Below the pieces are notes generated by a model. It made no database searches and was not told where the DNA came from. It was given only the letters and a program-made list of their open reading frames with translations. From positions 6,113,102 to 6,177,101 of the forward strand of contig NW_002060944.1 of assembly GCF_000150275.1 (NCBI RefSeq): DNA of 64,000 bases. Reading direction: 5' to 3'. This document shows, piece by piece, positions 44,801 to 58,600 of the stretch (position 1 is its first letter; each line of letters starts with the position of its first letter). The position numbers and the translations under genes were made by a program. The DNA comes from Trichoplax adhaerens. Taxonomy: Eukaryota; Animalia; Placozoa.

Positions 44801-45533
44801 ATTTTAAGTCATTTCACTTTGCAATTACCCCTCTAGTTAGATTAGCTTAAATTATAACATAAGAAGTTTTTATTGCAGATATGTGCAATTACTAAGCACA
44901 TCCGTCATAACTTAACCTTAAATTCTATATCTAGAAATGGTAGTCATGATATTAGTCTACAATTGCAATTCTACTGTAACATTTAAATTACATGTCCAAT
45001 TTTAGTCATGTAGTAAAGCATGTGAATACATGGGCCACATCATGGAGAAAGAGCAAGCCTACAAAGATGCATCGGATTACTATGAATTTGCTTGGAAATT
45101 TACAAATCAATCTAACCCAGCTATAGGTAATTTTTATACAAAATGGTATTAATTTGGTAATAGTTTCAAAATTTTATAAATTCACAATTAAATAAGAACT
45201 TTAAATTGAAATATAAAGATTTTAAAGTAACGGCAAAGTATTAACTCTAAATTAAAAGGAATGACTCTATACTGATCTTTGCCATTATGCGTATGACTGC
45301 AGGTTTTAAGTTAGCATTTAATTATTTGAAAGCTAAACGATTTGTTGATGCCATCAATATTTGCCACAAGGTAATTGAAGATAAAATCTGCGTATTCATA
45401 TTATAATATTAGTTTTAGGTTAATTTTATTTAAACTTGAATGTTTTTCTTTCTAGGTTTTGGCTGATAACCCAGAATACCCTAAAATAAAAAAGGAAATC
45501 TTGGATAAAGCTCGAAATAACCTTCGAACTTGA
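35851..45533 (+). CDS. TTC21B: Tetratricopeptide repeat protein 21 / IFT139 (IFT-A complex), many short exons
   Basis: [194 protein letters not shown]. Confidence 0.93.
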
Positions 45534-46646
45534 TTTAAATAACATTATGTTAGTAATTGTAATCAATTATCGGTTTGATTTAAATCTGTAATATGAATTA
45601 ATATATATAGGTCGTCTCTTAAACAATCTGCTGCATAAGCAGATCGTAATACACGTCTTCACTGTATCTAAGTTACAAGAATATTACCTAATAGGTATCA
45701 ATTCTCTTATAATTAAAGTCTCTTTATTCATTCATATTTAAATTTTTGCACATCGGACAATCGGTTTGTTTTTAGAAATTGACTTCATATCTTCTTATAT
45801 GCAATAAATAAATCTCCAAAGGACATACAGGAAATTCTGATCAATTGTAAAGACTTTGATATAGCTGATACAACCATCAATCCGGCTAATAGTATGTTAA
45901 AAAGGACTAGGATTGATTATACAATTATTCATCGTGCGTTTGGTAACTAATATTCCCTATAGAGTACTATAGAAAACCTTTCCTTGCCATTCTGGCTATT
46001 TTAAAATTTCCGAAACAACTTAATGACTAAGTAATTTCAATGTAAAGGTTATAGTAATAGTGGCAGTCGATAAAGTATACATCTAGCATCGTCTATGCTT
46101 TCCGAATTATCCGTGAATGATGGTCTCTTAAATCTGCTTCTAGTGTAAAATAACTGTAAGGTTTTCCATGAAGATTACAGCTCAAGTATTTTATAGTTAT
46201 TACTAAGAAATGAACTAATAAATTACTGCCGAAAAGAATTTTAGTACATTGTAACATGCAATCTAGTAAAGCCAAATAGTGATCATTTTTTTATTACAGT
46301 TATACTTTATTTCAGGCTAGTTTTATCAGAACTAGCTAGCAATTAAATAGGGGCTTACAGCTATGTTACGGGATCAATTTTTATAGCAGCTACTTTATCG
46401 AGATCTAAAATCTATATTTAATAGCATAAGAGGACTCCTTCTAAGTTATCAACTTTAATTAAGTCTGCTAATAGATGATAACTTGACTTGTTTTAATAAA
46501 ATGATCCGCTATTATTATCTTATGTCGTTCGTCTATAACTACCGTACCAAATACTGTATACGTCGCAAACTCTTAGCTGTAGAATGGATATAAATCTAAG
46601 GTTATTACTTTAATAATAATACTACAAGTGACTACAGATAATTAAT

Positions 46647-49600
46647 CTACATAGCTAAAATAGTTAGGAAAAGAGTAAAGATAAAAGCGACAAAGTTGAA
46701 TGTGGTTCCAACGGTGCCTGGTTGTATATAAAAATAATAAAATAGAATTAGAACAATAATTTAGACAATTTCTTCATTTTAAACTGTACTTTCTGCTTAT
46801 GAGGATTGTCTTTAAGAAAATATTAACACATTTCAAAGTTATGCTTGACTGAAGTTAAATCCTATCTTATACCTGAAGTCGTAGTAGAGGTGGCCTTTGT
46901 TGTAGCTTGTGTTGGTTGTGTAACTGTGCCTGCAGCTACGGTATTATCGCCAGCAGCTTGGCCTAATGCGGTTAACTGCGGTCCACTAAGCTGAGAGCGT
47001 TGTTGCGCTGTAACAGCCAAAGCTTGGCTACTATCCATGCCTTGAATTTGGCCTGAAGTAAAAGCCTAAACGGTACATTATGGCCAAAAGTTTAGCTTAG
47101 CAGTTGTAGTAGAATCATGCAAGAAGTTAAAAGAAAGTTTATAACCAGGTGATATTTATATAAGCTTTGCATTATATAAAGTAGCCATAAATTATAAGAA
47201 AAAAGCGCAGTGAATTCATCTACATAAAATTAAGTTCTATGGATTATACATGAAGTTTAAAGAAAGCTCATAACAAGGCGTTGTTACATAAGCTTTGCAT
47301 TATATATAGACTAGTCATAAATTATACGAATAAAGCGTGATGAAATTTCTCTTCTATAAAATTGCAGTTTTGTAGATTATGCATGAAGTTGAAAGAAAGC
47401 TTATAGCCAGGCGTTATTATCTAAGCAATGTACCACATAGACTGGTTATAAATTACAGGAAAATACCCTAGTGAATTTCATTTACCATAAAATTATAGCT
47501 CCATGGACTTTGCATGAAGTTGAAAGAAAGCTGATAAGCAAGCGTTATTATGTAAGCTATGTATAGTGCAGACTAGTCACGAATTATAGGAATAAGGTGT
47601 ACTGAAAATCATCAATCATAAAAGCTCCATGGACTACGCACGGATCAAACTAGCAAGAAATTGCTGCGGCTGTATTCTATCCTACAGCCTTGTCATCATT
47701 TAAAGGATTTATAATTTAAGTTATTACTATAAATGTAAAGAAAGATCTTCATAGAATAACAACTTACAGCTAATTTGGCAGATGGAAATTGTGGAATAAC
47801 CATAGTCTTGATAGCTTCGATGCTACTATGGCTTAATGACTGCAATTCTGCATTAGAACAGCCAGCTATGTTTGGAAGAAATAGTAAGCCAAGGTCAATA
47901 AGTTGAAAATGACGAGTAGATGGTAGAGATACTCAATATGAAACGATAATTAATTCTAATTCAAGACAATCATAGCCATCATACCGAGAGCAATACCAGC
48001 ATCGCGTACTTGTGCTTGGCTCCATTGTGAGACGACACTGCTGTAAGATGCTTTAGCTTTTTCACACAATTTGCTTAATTGATCTAAAGCAAATTGTTGC
48101 ACTTCACCAAGTACTCTAGCACTAGCTCTGTATAAAACAATATGAATGAGATCTTGTTGTATCTGGTTCTCCAATAGGACATCTAATACTAGGTTGGAAA
48201 ATTAAAATTGATGATACATGGGGTCAGAGTAGCTTACGCGTAAGCATCGTTATTAATTTGTTGGATGTCAGTTGCTGACAAGCCTCGTGTTAGATTAGCT
48301 AAAGCAGTAAACATTTCGTCGGTCCAGCCAGAGATAGCAGCTGAGGTATGATCTTGTTGGAATTGTTTAATTAATTCGGCCAGCTAATATATATTTACAT
48401 ATGTAGATAGATAGATAGATAGGGATACATAAAGGTTAAAGTATTAATTACTTATTAGAATTAGCAGTTGTGGATATGAGAATAGATGCAAGAAATAGAC
48501 TGTACCTGAGCTGCAGAATAATTTGCATATTGGCCCAAAGGTGTTACAGCATCCAACGAAGTTAAGTTAAATTTGGCAATATCACTTGCCATAAATCCAG
48601 TATTAATAATTCCTAATGATAGAAATTGATTTGGCTGGAATGTTGATGGATCACCCCATATCTAAAAAAAGTGAAAATATATGATAATAAATAATTAAGT
48701 ATATACGAAAATGGAGGCAAAGGAGAGAACCAAGCTATGCGTTAACTAAAATATCATATAATTATATACAAGTAGTTTTACTTTTCATAGATTCTATATC
48801 GATTATCGATTATTGAAGTTATTTGATTGCATTCATGAAATAATTTAATCATAACAGAGGAAGGCATAACTAACTTGCTTTGCTTTATTAACGAGAGCTA
48901 AAATTTGATTATGAGATAACTGTGATACGCCAAGGGTATCGATCGAATTTTGGAAATCTTCAGCAGTCATGTTATTAATATCCGCAACCGTTAAGCCATT
49001 AGACAGATGATTCATAGAATTGACTTCTGAAGCTGTGATAGCGGATGCTGTCGAAATAAAAGTATGGAACAATTATTACCTTTTAGCTCAATCATTAATA
49101 TTACTATAAATAAAGAGCATTGATGATTAGGAATATTTAAAACATTCTTACTAGCACGTCTACGACGAGATGATGTAGCCGCATTATTAAGAGATTGCTT
49201 ATATAATGCTACAATTTCACGCGCTTGATCAGCTGTAAATGATTGATTTCCAATGGAATCAATGGCCCCAACAATTTGACTCTGCAAATAGCGTAGTAAA
49301 TTTATTTTAATTTACTAATCAGTGTTACAAGACTTGGATATGATATTGCTTTAGCATTACCCCGTTCAGTTTTCTTAATTGACTAGCTAGGAAACCTTTC
49401 AAGCAGGGGCCAAGATTTCTCAAATCAGTCGAGGTAAATTTGGCAATCGCGTCGTCATTATCGACATTACTGAAATCAAGAAAGGGCAGAAACTTAGATC
49501 ATGAATCACATCATTGTTACTATTTTCTTCACAGTATTTGAACAGACTTACTATAATTTTAATCGAGCAGCATTAGCAATCGCTTTGCGAATCTTCGATC

Positions 49601-52600
49601 TCATACATGGTAGATGGCATATTTTATATAAAGCATTTGAAAATGCAGTTTTGGAAATGGTGTTCACTTCTTGAGCTTCCATTCCGCATACTAGACTACC
49701 CAAATCTTCGATGTCATCATCTTCCAATGTAGCACCGTTGACTTTATTCTAAGTGATGATGAGGAAATAGTATGGTTGTAGCTAAATTGAATCTAAATTA
49801 GTCTATTGCTGAACTATTTAACTTAACGATTCGTATATCACTTTCGACTAAATATGAAGTATATGGTATAATATGCAATCCTACCTTGCAGACTAATGCA
49901 GCCAACAAAAGTTTTCTTATAGGTCCATGTGCCATACCTCTGAATTTGCCAACTTTACCCAGCGCTCTAACAGCATCGACACAATATTCTTTGGAGATAT
50001 TGCCAAGTTCTTCATGACTAACGTTAAAAATGATTGATAATAAACGTGGTTGTCAGTATTACTTTATCGATAGAAGTTACCGTTGATGTCAATGTTCGGA
50101 ATATATTGAATCAAATTGACGAAGAATTAATAATCAGTTACGATTTAATTCAGTCAAGACAGTTGCTAATGAAGATACTTGCATGCAATGGTGGTACTAA
50201 TTTAGGCAATCAAAAATGAAAGGCGCTAATGCTTGTGCCAAGATATCGAAAATAAAAACGGAAAAGGTACTATTTCGCAGTAGATGACTTTACAACAAAC
50301 TATTAAGGTTAGATTATCTGGCAGATTTAGTAGACAGAGATATTGAAAAGTAAGTAGCAATATTTACAAGAACCCTAAAAGACCTTTTTATTAGTACAAA
50401 GGAATTTTGAAAGTTAAAACTACCTTACCTAATTTGAGATATAAACTGTCCAATAGCAGCAATATCAATATCGTTGATTTGCGAGAAGTTGCGAGTAGAA
50501 GTAATTCCTAAACATGACTTATACTTCATAAAGATTTCTTTGGCCTAGATAGAACATGTGAGTTATTTTTTATTTCATAAATTTGTCAATCTTAAGATAT
50601 TTATCAGTTATCGTACATAGCTACTGATTGTAGATTACCTGTCCAGTACTCCAGCCATCAGTATTTTTGAGTTCATTAACGACTTCGATGCATCCATCTA
50701 AGGATAAATTGCGAAGTTCTTGGCGGGTCATACCAAGAGCTAAATTACCAATTTTTCTATTATAAAATGGATTAAGTAGCTTTTAGCTTGCAAAACAACT
50801 TAGTGACGGTTAAATATGATTTATATATATATTATCAAAATGAAGCGATAGACAGGAGCTAAATTACCAATTTTTCTACCGTATGAGTAAAGTGAATTAA
50901 TAAAATAACTGTAACTTGCGAAATTAGTTAGTAACGGTTAAATATGACATATATATTATCATCAAAATGAAGCGATAAACAAGAGCTAAATTACCAATTT
51001 TTCTACTATAAAGTGAATTAATAAAATAACTATAGCTTGCAAAATAAGTTAGTAACGATTAAATATGATTTATTATCAGAATGAGCAGATAGATGATGAA
51101 AGTTTGAGAATTTCGCACCTAATCGTTGCAAAATTATAGTTGTCCTGTTGGGCATTGCCTACGGCCCCAAGTTTCTTAATAACTGCTTTGCGGAATAGTT
51201 GCATAGCCTATTTGAATTTATGAGAATTGGATAGTATTAAATATAATCCAGGGATTATTACAACTAGCAGTATTAATGACCTACGGAAGGATATAATCGT
51301 CTCCCTTGTTATAATAGACATCGCAAGATTTGATTTAATTTCTAGTGTTTGCATACGTATATCAAGCGACGTGAGATGCAATTTAAATTTATGCTCACAT
51401 TTCAATATCAAAATCCCTTTTAAAGTTTAGTTATAATTTCATCATACCTGTATACTGACTATTGCTATATTTACGCTTATAGAAATAGTGTAAACTAAAC
51501 TGCAGCTTGATAGTAAAGCACTGTTTATATTGTGTTATTATACTGTATACAGTATAAAATAGGTTTACAGTACGTATATCAACAGCACAGATACGGTTAG
51601 TGTACAACTAAAGATCGATCATTAATTATAATTGACGTTCTACACATCGATTTATTCCAGTCAGAGCTACAAACTTGGGTGTAGTTATTTTTTCGATAAA
51701 AATTTAGAATAAAATATTAGGATATACGATATCTAAATGTGCAATCATGATTCCTATTTCAGTACCTGAGCACGTGTGAATGGCAATCGGATGCTGTCAT
51801 CGTCCAGGTCTGCAACAGTTAAATCATCGTATGTAATATTATTTAAGTCTTTCATACGAATAGCACGGACCAAATTACCAAGATTTCTAATGTTTGCGCG
51901 GATATTGCTAAGAGACAACTGTAAAATAGAGGAAAGGTAGATTAAATTCTGTATTATTACTTTAATCGGATTATACACTCGTCAAGGAATACTAAAATTT
52001 ATGCTTATATTGTTGCTTAGATATTTATATTTATAATATTAACGTATTATAAAGTTTTCAAACTATCGATTAATTTAGATATTATTATACGCAAAAATGC
52101 TTGAATGTAATATGCTATTTACATCTTAAAAATTATTTTACTGTTTCTAACATTCAATGACCGGAAATAACTAACGCTGTATAGGATTCTTAATTGTTAA
52201 TCTATTTAAATATAACATATAGATATTTTACTTTAATTATCAAATAATTTTTGGAATACATATAAGGATAAACTAGGCATTATCTGGTGTATTATAACAA
52301 AATCATGCTTCGTTTCGTTTATACATTCCAGAAGGAAAATCATGTACAATTTAACTTATAATTAGATTACTTTTTTAAGAATTCTCTTGCGTTGAACGCG
52401 CGACCAAGCTGCTAATTTTAGTTGACTAAGTCCACCAAGAATTGCTGTTCCATTTAGCTGTTGTAGTTCTTCTCCTTTCAAGCCTCTGATAAGATTTCCA
52501 AGCATTTTAATTTGATCCTTAGACCATGTCTTAATCTAGATATTAAGAAGTGAAAAGAAAAGGTCGTCGTTATTTTTGACTTGGATAACCTATTTTCCTA

Positions 52601-55600
52601 TAGATAGAGATTAATCCTAAAGCAAATTTTATGGTAAATTATCATTCAAAGTAATAGAAGAAAAGAATTAATAGCGATATAAATATCAATTTTATAATAA
52701 AATCTTCTAATTATGGAGAGCTCTAAACATGATTCTTGTCAACAAAGGCCTAAGGATATCATCAAGATCTCTTGCAATGTTAGTTACCAAATATTTTATA
52801 GCGACATAGACATTGATTTCTTAATTTAATCCTTCATTCATGATATTAATTTCTATATGTTGATTCGTGTCAAAAATCTAAGGATTTATCGATATCTCTC
52901 AAATTATCATTTTATAGCCATGAGACAGAAAGGATTTAATAGCGATAGAGATATTAATTCCTTATTTGAATCATTCCTTCACGATACCAATTTCTACTCG
53001 CTCATATTATAATAAAACTCAAAAATATCAATAATTTTTCACGGAGAAATTAAATAAACAAGCAATATCATAGCTTCTGTTCATTTTCCATTAAAAAGTA
53101 GTAGGAATAACTGCGGCAGAATATTGAATTTAATGTACGTAGAACTGCCGATTTATGGATATTGAACTTCTATCTATACATTTGTGCGTTCTTACCGCTC
53201 CCCATTCACTCCTTTTAGCGGCAATAATTTTCTTAACCAGTAAACGAGCCTAAAATGGTCAAATCGATAATAATTTTTAGTTAATACAATCCACAGAATT
53301 TTTGAATCAATTCTATGCCTTCTTTACACACTATATTAGACTTTGAGAATGAATGTACCTTGGCACGATCCAAGCGAATATTTTTTATGGTGCTTAAAGC
53401 ATTAGCTAACTGCGTTCCATTAAGCTGATCCAATTCTTTACGACCAAAAGCTTCCAATAAGTGGGAGGCATTTTTAAGTTGATCTGCAGTCCAAGTTTTA
53501 ACTTGACCCCAATTTTTTCGTAATCTTTTAACGATAGCGATACGCTATTGGCAGAAAAAAATAAAATAAATTCAATTTCGTATCAATTCTTATCAAAGTA
53601 ATCATCGTAAAATTTTTCTACTCAACTGAGGCACAAAATACGATAAATAGTAAAAACTGGTACCTGACCATTAGGCAATGTAGATTCACCAAATTCTTTT
53701 ATAGAACCTAAGAAAGTATCAGCGGATAGAAATACCATCGATTCTGCCGGGAGGAAAGTTCTTAAATTCTTGATACTATAACGAATCAAGTTGAGAGTAA
53801 ATTTTTTTACTTGTAGTTTAATCTTAAAAATTGATAGAATACTAGTTTAGAGAAGTATTATGAAGCAATATCAATTCAAAAATGAATTACATTGATTCAT
53901 ATAGAACATAATATATATCGTTATGTTCTAGGATGTAATATTTGAACCGGTACTCATTTTTATTTTATATTTTAGAAATATTTTTAGAGTCTGATCAACT
54001 ATGCGTAAATTCCATGCTATGAAATGGTTAGTATTCTTATTGATTTTTACCTAATTCTATGCATTTATAATTTGATAGAATGAATTAATATTATTAAAGA
54101 CTAACCTTCGCAATTGCTGCTTTGTCCACTGTCGGATAGGTCCCCAAGTTCGGTATAAGACATGTAAAACTGCATGAGCACGATGTCGATCCCATTGGTT
54201 ATCGGCAATATTCTGGATAGCAGCTGCCAACTAATATTATCCAATTCGTCATCATTAGCTCATATGATTTTCCTTATTTTAAAATGTATTACCATCCTCT
54301 TATTTTTATGATAGACTAAGAATTGATTATGATGTACAGGAAATTACGCCATGTACAGTATATGATTAAACAGTTCGGTGGATTATAATGTCATATTCTC
54401 TCAGGATATTACTCTGAATTTAATATTGGTTTGCACTCTGTCTTGATTTTTTTGATACAAAGCAACTACGGTAGTGCTTACATACTGGATAAGAACTTAT
54501 TTTATTAGAGATTCAACTGTACCACGATAAATTAAACTAGTTGGTTAGATCTCGATAAAAATCCAAGAATAGCCAAGAAAAACTTACGGCGGATGCTTGC
54601 AGTTTCTTGATGTCATGAGCTCTTAGAAGAATAAATAAACGACGAAGTCGACGTATTTGTATCGCTGTCCAGGTACTTAATTTACCCCATACTCTCTGAA
54701 GTGATAGTAAGATAGCACGACGTTGGTTTTCGCTAAATCGGTTTATTAAATAATTATAGTGGGCTAATCTATAAGTTAAATTGCAATAAACGAAGAGATT
54801 AAACATTAAATCGCTTTATGACTTTAAGATCATAGCTTATGGTACAGTCTATTTTACAAAGATTTTGGATAAACATAACATTTGATTACTTACGTCTTAT
54901 TAAAGATATCTGTTGTAAATCGTTTAATATCTCGCGGAGAAAACCCAAATAACATGCCATTAATCATGTTGACTTGAGCTAATGTCCATTTAGCGACATC
55001 ATTGCCATAGCGGCGTTTCATGGCATCAATGACGGCAGTAGCTTGCTCACGAGTTAATCGTTTACTATGATTCTACAAAGAAATGGGTAAATGTTGGGTA
55101 CAATTTTAATTGATGCTGTCAGTAAATAAATATGACCCAAAGTATCTAGCTAATATTAGTAGTAGGATATAGAGTAATTTAAATTGAATAACTAAAACTA
55201 AGTATGATAACTACTATCTATGGTCTTATTAGATTTATTTATTGGTAAATTTAAAAATATTATTTCGTAACTCAAAGGAACTAATTTGGTTAAGGTGATT
55301 TATTATGAAGGTTGATCATAGTAGCAGTTGATTGTTATAGGTAAATGTCTTACTATAATGTCGAATAGTAATAAATTATTAGCCTCTTCGTTGAAATAGA
55401 AAACTGTCTGATTTTGGTCAGAATTTTTATACCTGCTTCAATTATGCAGTGACAAATTATAATTTATTATGACCTATAATCCAGAAAATGTAATAGTTTC
55501 TGTTGGATCCTTTACTATTTTTGATCAAATAGTTTAAATCTAAAAATTTTATGGCTTCGACGATTTAGTAGCTGAAAGCTCACCATAAATTACAAGTGAC

Positions 55601-58600
55601 AAATATATAAATGATAATCGGGTATCTTGTGCTCTTTTAACTATTACGGGCTAATAACAATAATTAATTAACGATTATCGCCAGGCGTTTTTATCTTCTA
55701 TTTATTCGCTGATAAACGAACTAATTACATAATTGACAATTCAGTTTATAGCTAGGCTAAGGAATTAAGCAATCAGATTTTTCCACCTAAACTATCTAGG
55801 AGATAACTCTGAAACGCATTTATTATGAATCATTAGTTTGAAAATTCAGTCATGGAAAGCCATTGCTTAATTTCTCATTGTAAGTAATTGAAATTATTAG
55901 CTTTACTTACATTTAATTCTCTGATTGCAAACTCAAATGTTGATGTGTTTAGAGATGCTAATACGCGAACTAGAGTTCGACTTTGCGAGTTAAGCATTTT
56001 ATAGATGATAAATCGCAGTTGGACTTCATTGAGCTCGCGGATAACTTTGGCCTAGACGTAGACAAAAAAATAGAAAGAGTTATTCAATTCTGTAAGCATT
56101 GGATAATGATTCTATAGTAATTCTTATTTGATCCTCTAATGCTCGCTTAGCTAGGTTAGAATATATCAAATATTGTAAGCTAGTATCCATACAACAAGGT
56201 GAATAGAATTGCAAGCCGAAATAATTGGGGCTGTTAATCAACTATAGAAAGGTAATCAATACTTGAAATAGGGTACTAGGTTACTAGTTGTAAGGGGATA
56301 AATTATAAAGGATAAAATGGTAACAAAGCTTAGTCTACGCTTGATAATAATTGATACTAAGCAAGGATGGCTTAATTTTTGAACGGATTGATATAAGTTA
56401 TTGAAGTCAATTTTCTTACTGGGATAACATTAAAAAGTTCTGGTGGGATCTTATCAAGCTCCTGAGTTGTTATATTCTTAATAAATGTAGAATTTTGAAG
56501 TTTCCTTTTGATATCAGCTGGCAATTTCTGAAGGTATGCCAAAAGACGCCTAAAAATGAAGAATTATTCATTATCAATTTTATTCCGATGAAATTTCAAC
56601 TTTATCGTTAAAATAACCAACTTGTATGATGCTAGTATTGCTTGGTTGTTGGTTAGATTACGATTTCCAAATAGGTCTGACGATAAATCATTCCAGTTGA
56701 AACCATTTAAATCACTTGGAAGGTTAGGCAGGGTAAAATTTTTATCACGAGCGGCTGAAAAGATCAAATATCGAAAGATAAGAAGGAATGCTATCTTGAT
56801 CATCTTAATTTTGTATTATTTAATAAACTGCTAAAAAATTAACTGTCAACAGATGAGAAGGAGTGCCATCTAGATCATCATAATTTACCGTCATTATGTA
56901 ATAAACTGCTAAAACATTGAATGTCGACAGATGAGAAGGAGTATTAGCCTGATGATCCTAATTTAGCATGATTAGTTATTTGAAATAAACTGCTAAAATA
57001 TTAAATGTTGACAGATGAGGGGTGCTGATCATCCTAATTTAGCATAATTATTTAATAAGCAGCTAAAATATCAAAAGTCGACAGATGGAATATCGGCATA
57101 GTCATAGTCTCAACGGAAGATGTCGTTTAATGAAATACTAAAGTGATCATTTATCGAAAAGACAAGAAGTAGAACCGAAATGATCACTGTTTTAACTTAA
57201 TATAACCATTTAATTAACTATAAGCTACGATGATATTGATGATTAACATAACCAATCTTACAAGACATAAGTGAAATATTGCTGTATAATACTGCATGAT
57301 TAATTACTATCGGTTTCTGGTAAAAAAAGTTTAATCATTCTTTGCTATTTCCGCAATGCCACAGTAAATTAGTAGTATAGTGTTTGTAATGTATTTCACT
57401 GTTATACTAGTTGCAGTGTATCTAGACTTCACTGTAGTCTTAAGCATATTTTTAAATATAGACATTTCGTATTATACCAAATATAGATAGCTTTACAGTC
57501 TATTTCTGCTATACTTAAATATAGCTTGTTGTGTTTAGTTATTTATAGCACCTACACTTTTCGCTGTTTTCTACAATTATTTGCTATTACTCTGTCTCTT
57601 TATGGTAGATATCATAACGAATACTATAATCCTGTTCTCTGCATACGTTCTATCTCTTACTCTATGAATATTGATGATTTCTGACTCAGATTTATCAGTT
57701 ACACTAGTTGCAGTAGTAGTACTTCTTCACGTTACTTCACAACAGCTTACGCGCTTGATCTACCGTAATTACCGCATTGTACATCCGTTACTATCTACAA
57801 TAAAGTATCCAATTTTGTTAAAACCCCTTGCATAATTTCTGTTAATGGCTACTAAGTTCGCAGTCGCTGACTCTTCGAATCCTCCATCACAGTGTTTAGT
57901 GGTCCTAATAAATTCTATTACTGTAGATCTCTTAAAGTAAAAATTTATCCGTACCGTAACTCTCAAATAAGTGTCACATGCACGTATTTCCTGTAAACTA
58001 ATTTTAGCAACATCCAAATCTGATTTTTACGTCTACATAATGGAACTCACTAACTGTCATTAGAAATACCATCACTATGTATTTTGCGGTAAATTGCATA
58101 ATAGGTAGGCTCTAATATCTTACCAACTAATATTTATCGAGCAGAACTAATCTAACCTACGAATAAAATACTAAACTACTGAATTATTAGAGTTATCTCT
58201 GTAAAAATTGTCTTGGCAAAATGTATTTTATTCTAAAAATGAATAGCTTACTGCACTGTACAGTACATGAAAAGCTATATAAATCGCCATTGTAAAAGCT
58301 TTAAACTCTATTTATCATGTGAAAATTATTTTCGGTAGCTTTTTACTTATAATATCTCAAGTGTCTATACAAGATTATAAATGTTACTTTTCACACATTT
58401 TTAATTGATATCATATTGATAATTTCAAATTTAGATCTGTCTTTAAAATTTGTTGACATATCATGATACAGCCGGCATCTAATCAAATTGAATTTACAGG
58501 CTATCCATTGTATACGTCAAAGGCAATTACAGCCTCTGCTAGTGATAACGAAAGTTTTTACAAGTACGGTATAAGGATTTTTTAGACGTGATGATATTTT

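Noticed and set aside
33324-48422. (TA)n at ~33324-33340 and (GATA)n at ~48404-48422
   Set aside because: Ordinary short intronic microsatellites.
53776-53822. In-frame extension IKLQVKKFTLNLIRY upstream of exon 8 after an AAG
   Set aside because: It would need a phase-0 donor, but the preceding exon ends in phase 2, which fits the acceptor at 53776.
56755-56803. ATG at 56803 giving hydrophobic MIKIAFLLIFRYLIFS as a signal peptide
   Set aside because: It reads better as a polypyrimidine tract ending TTTTCAG, and a better signal exon with matching phase exists at 60920-60881. Not fully excluded.
47116-57089. Spaced repeats as a CRISPR-like array or MITEs
   Set aside because: The units are homologous along their whole length (no unique spacers), lack TIRs and TSDs, and lie in eukaryotic introns.
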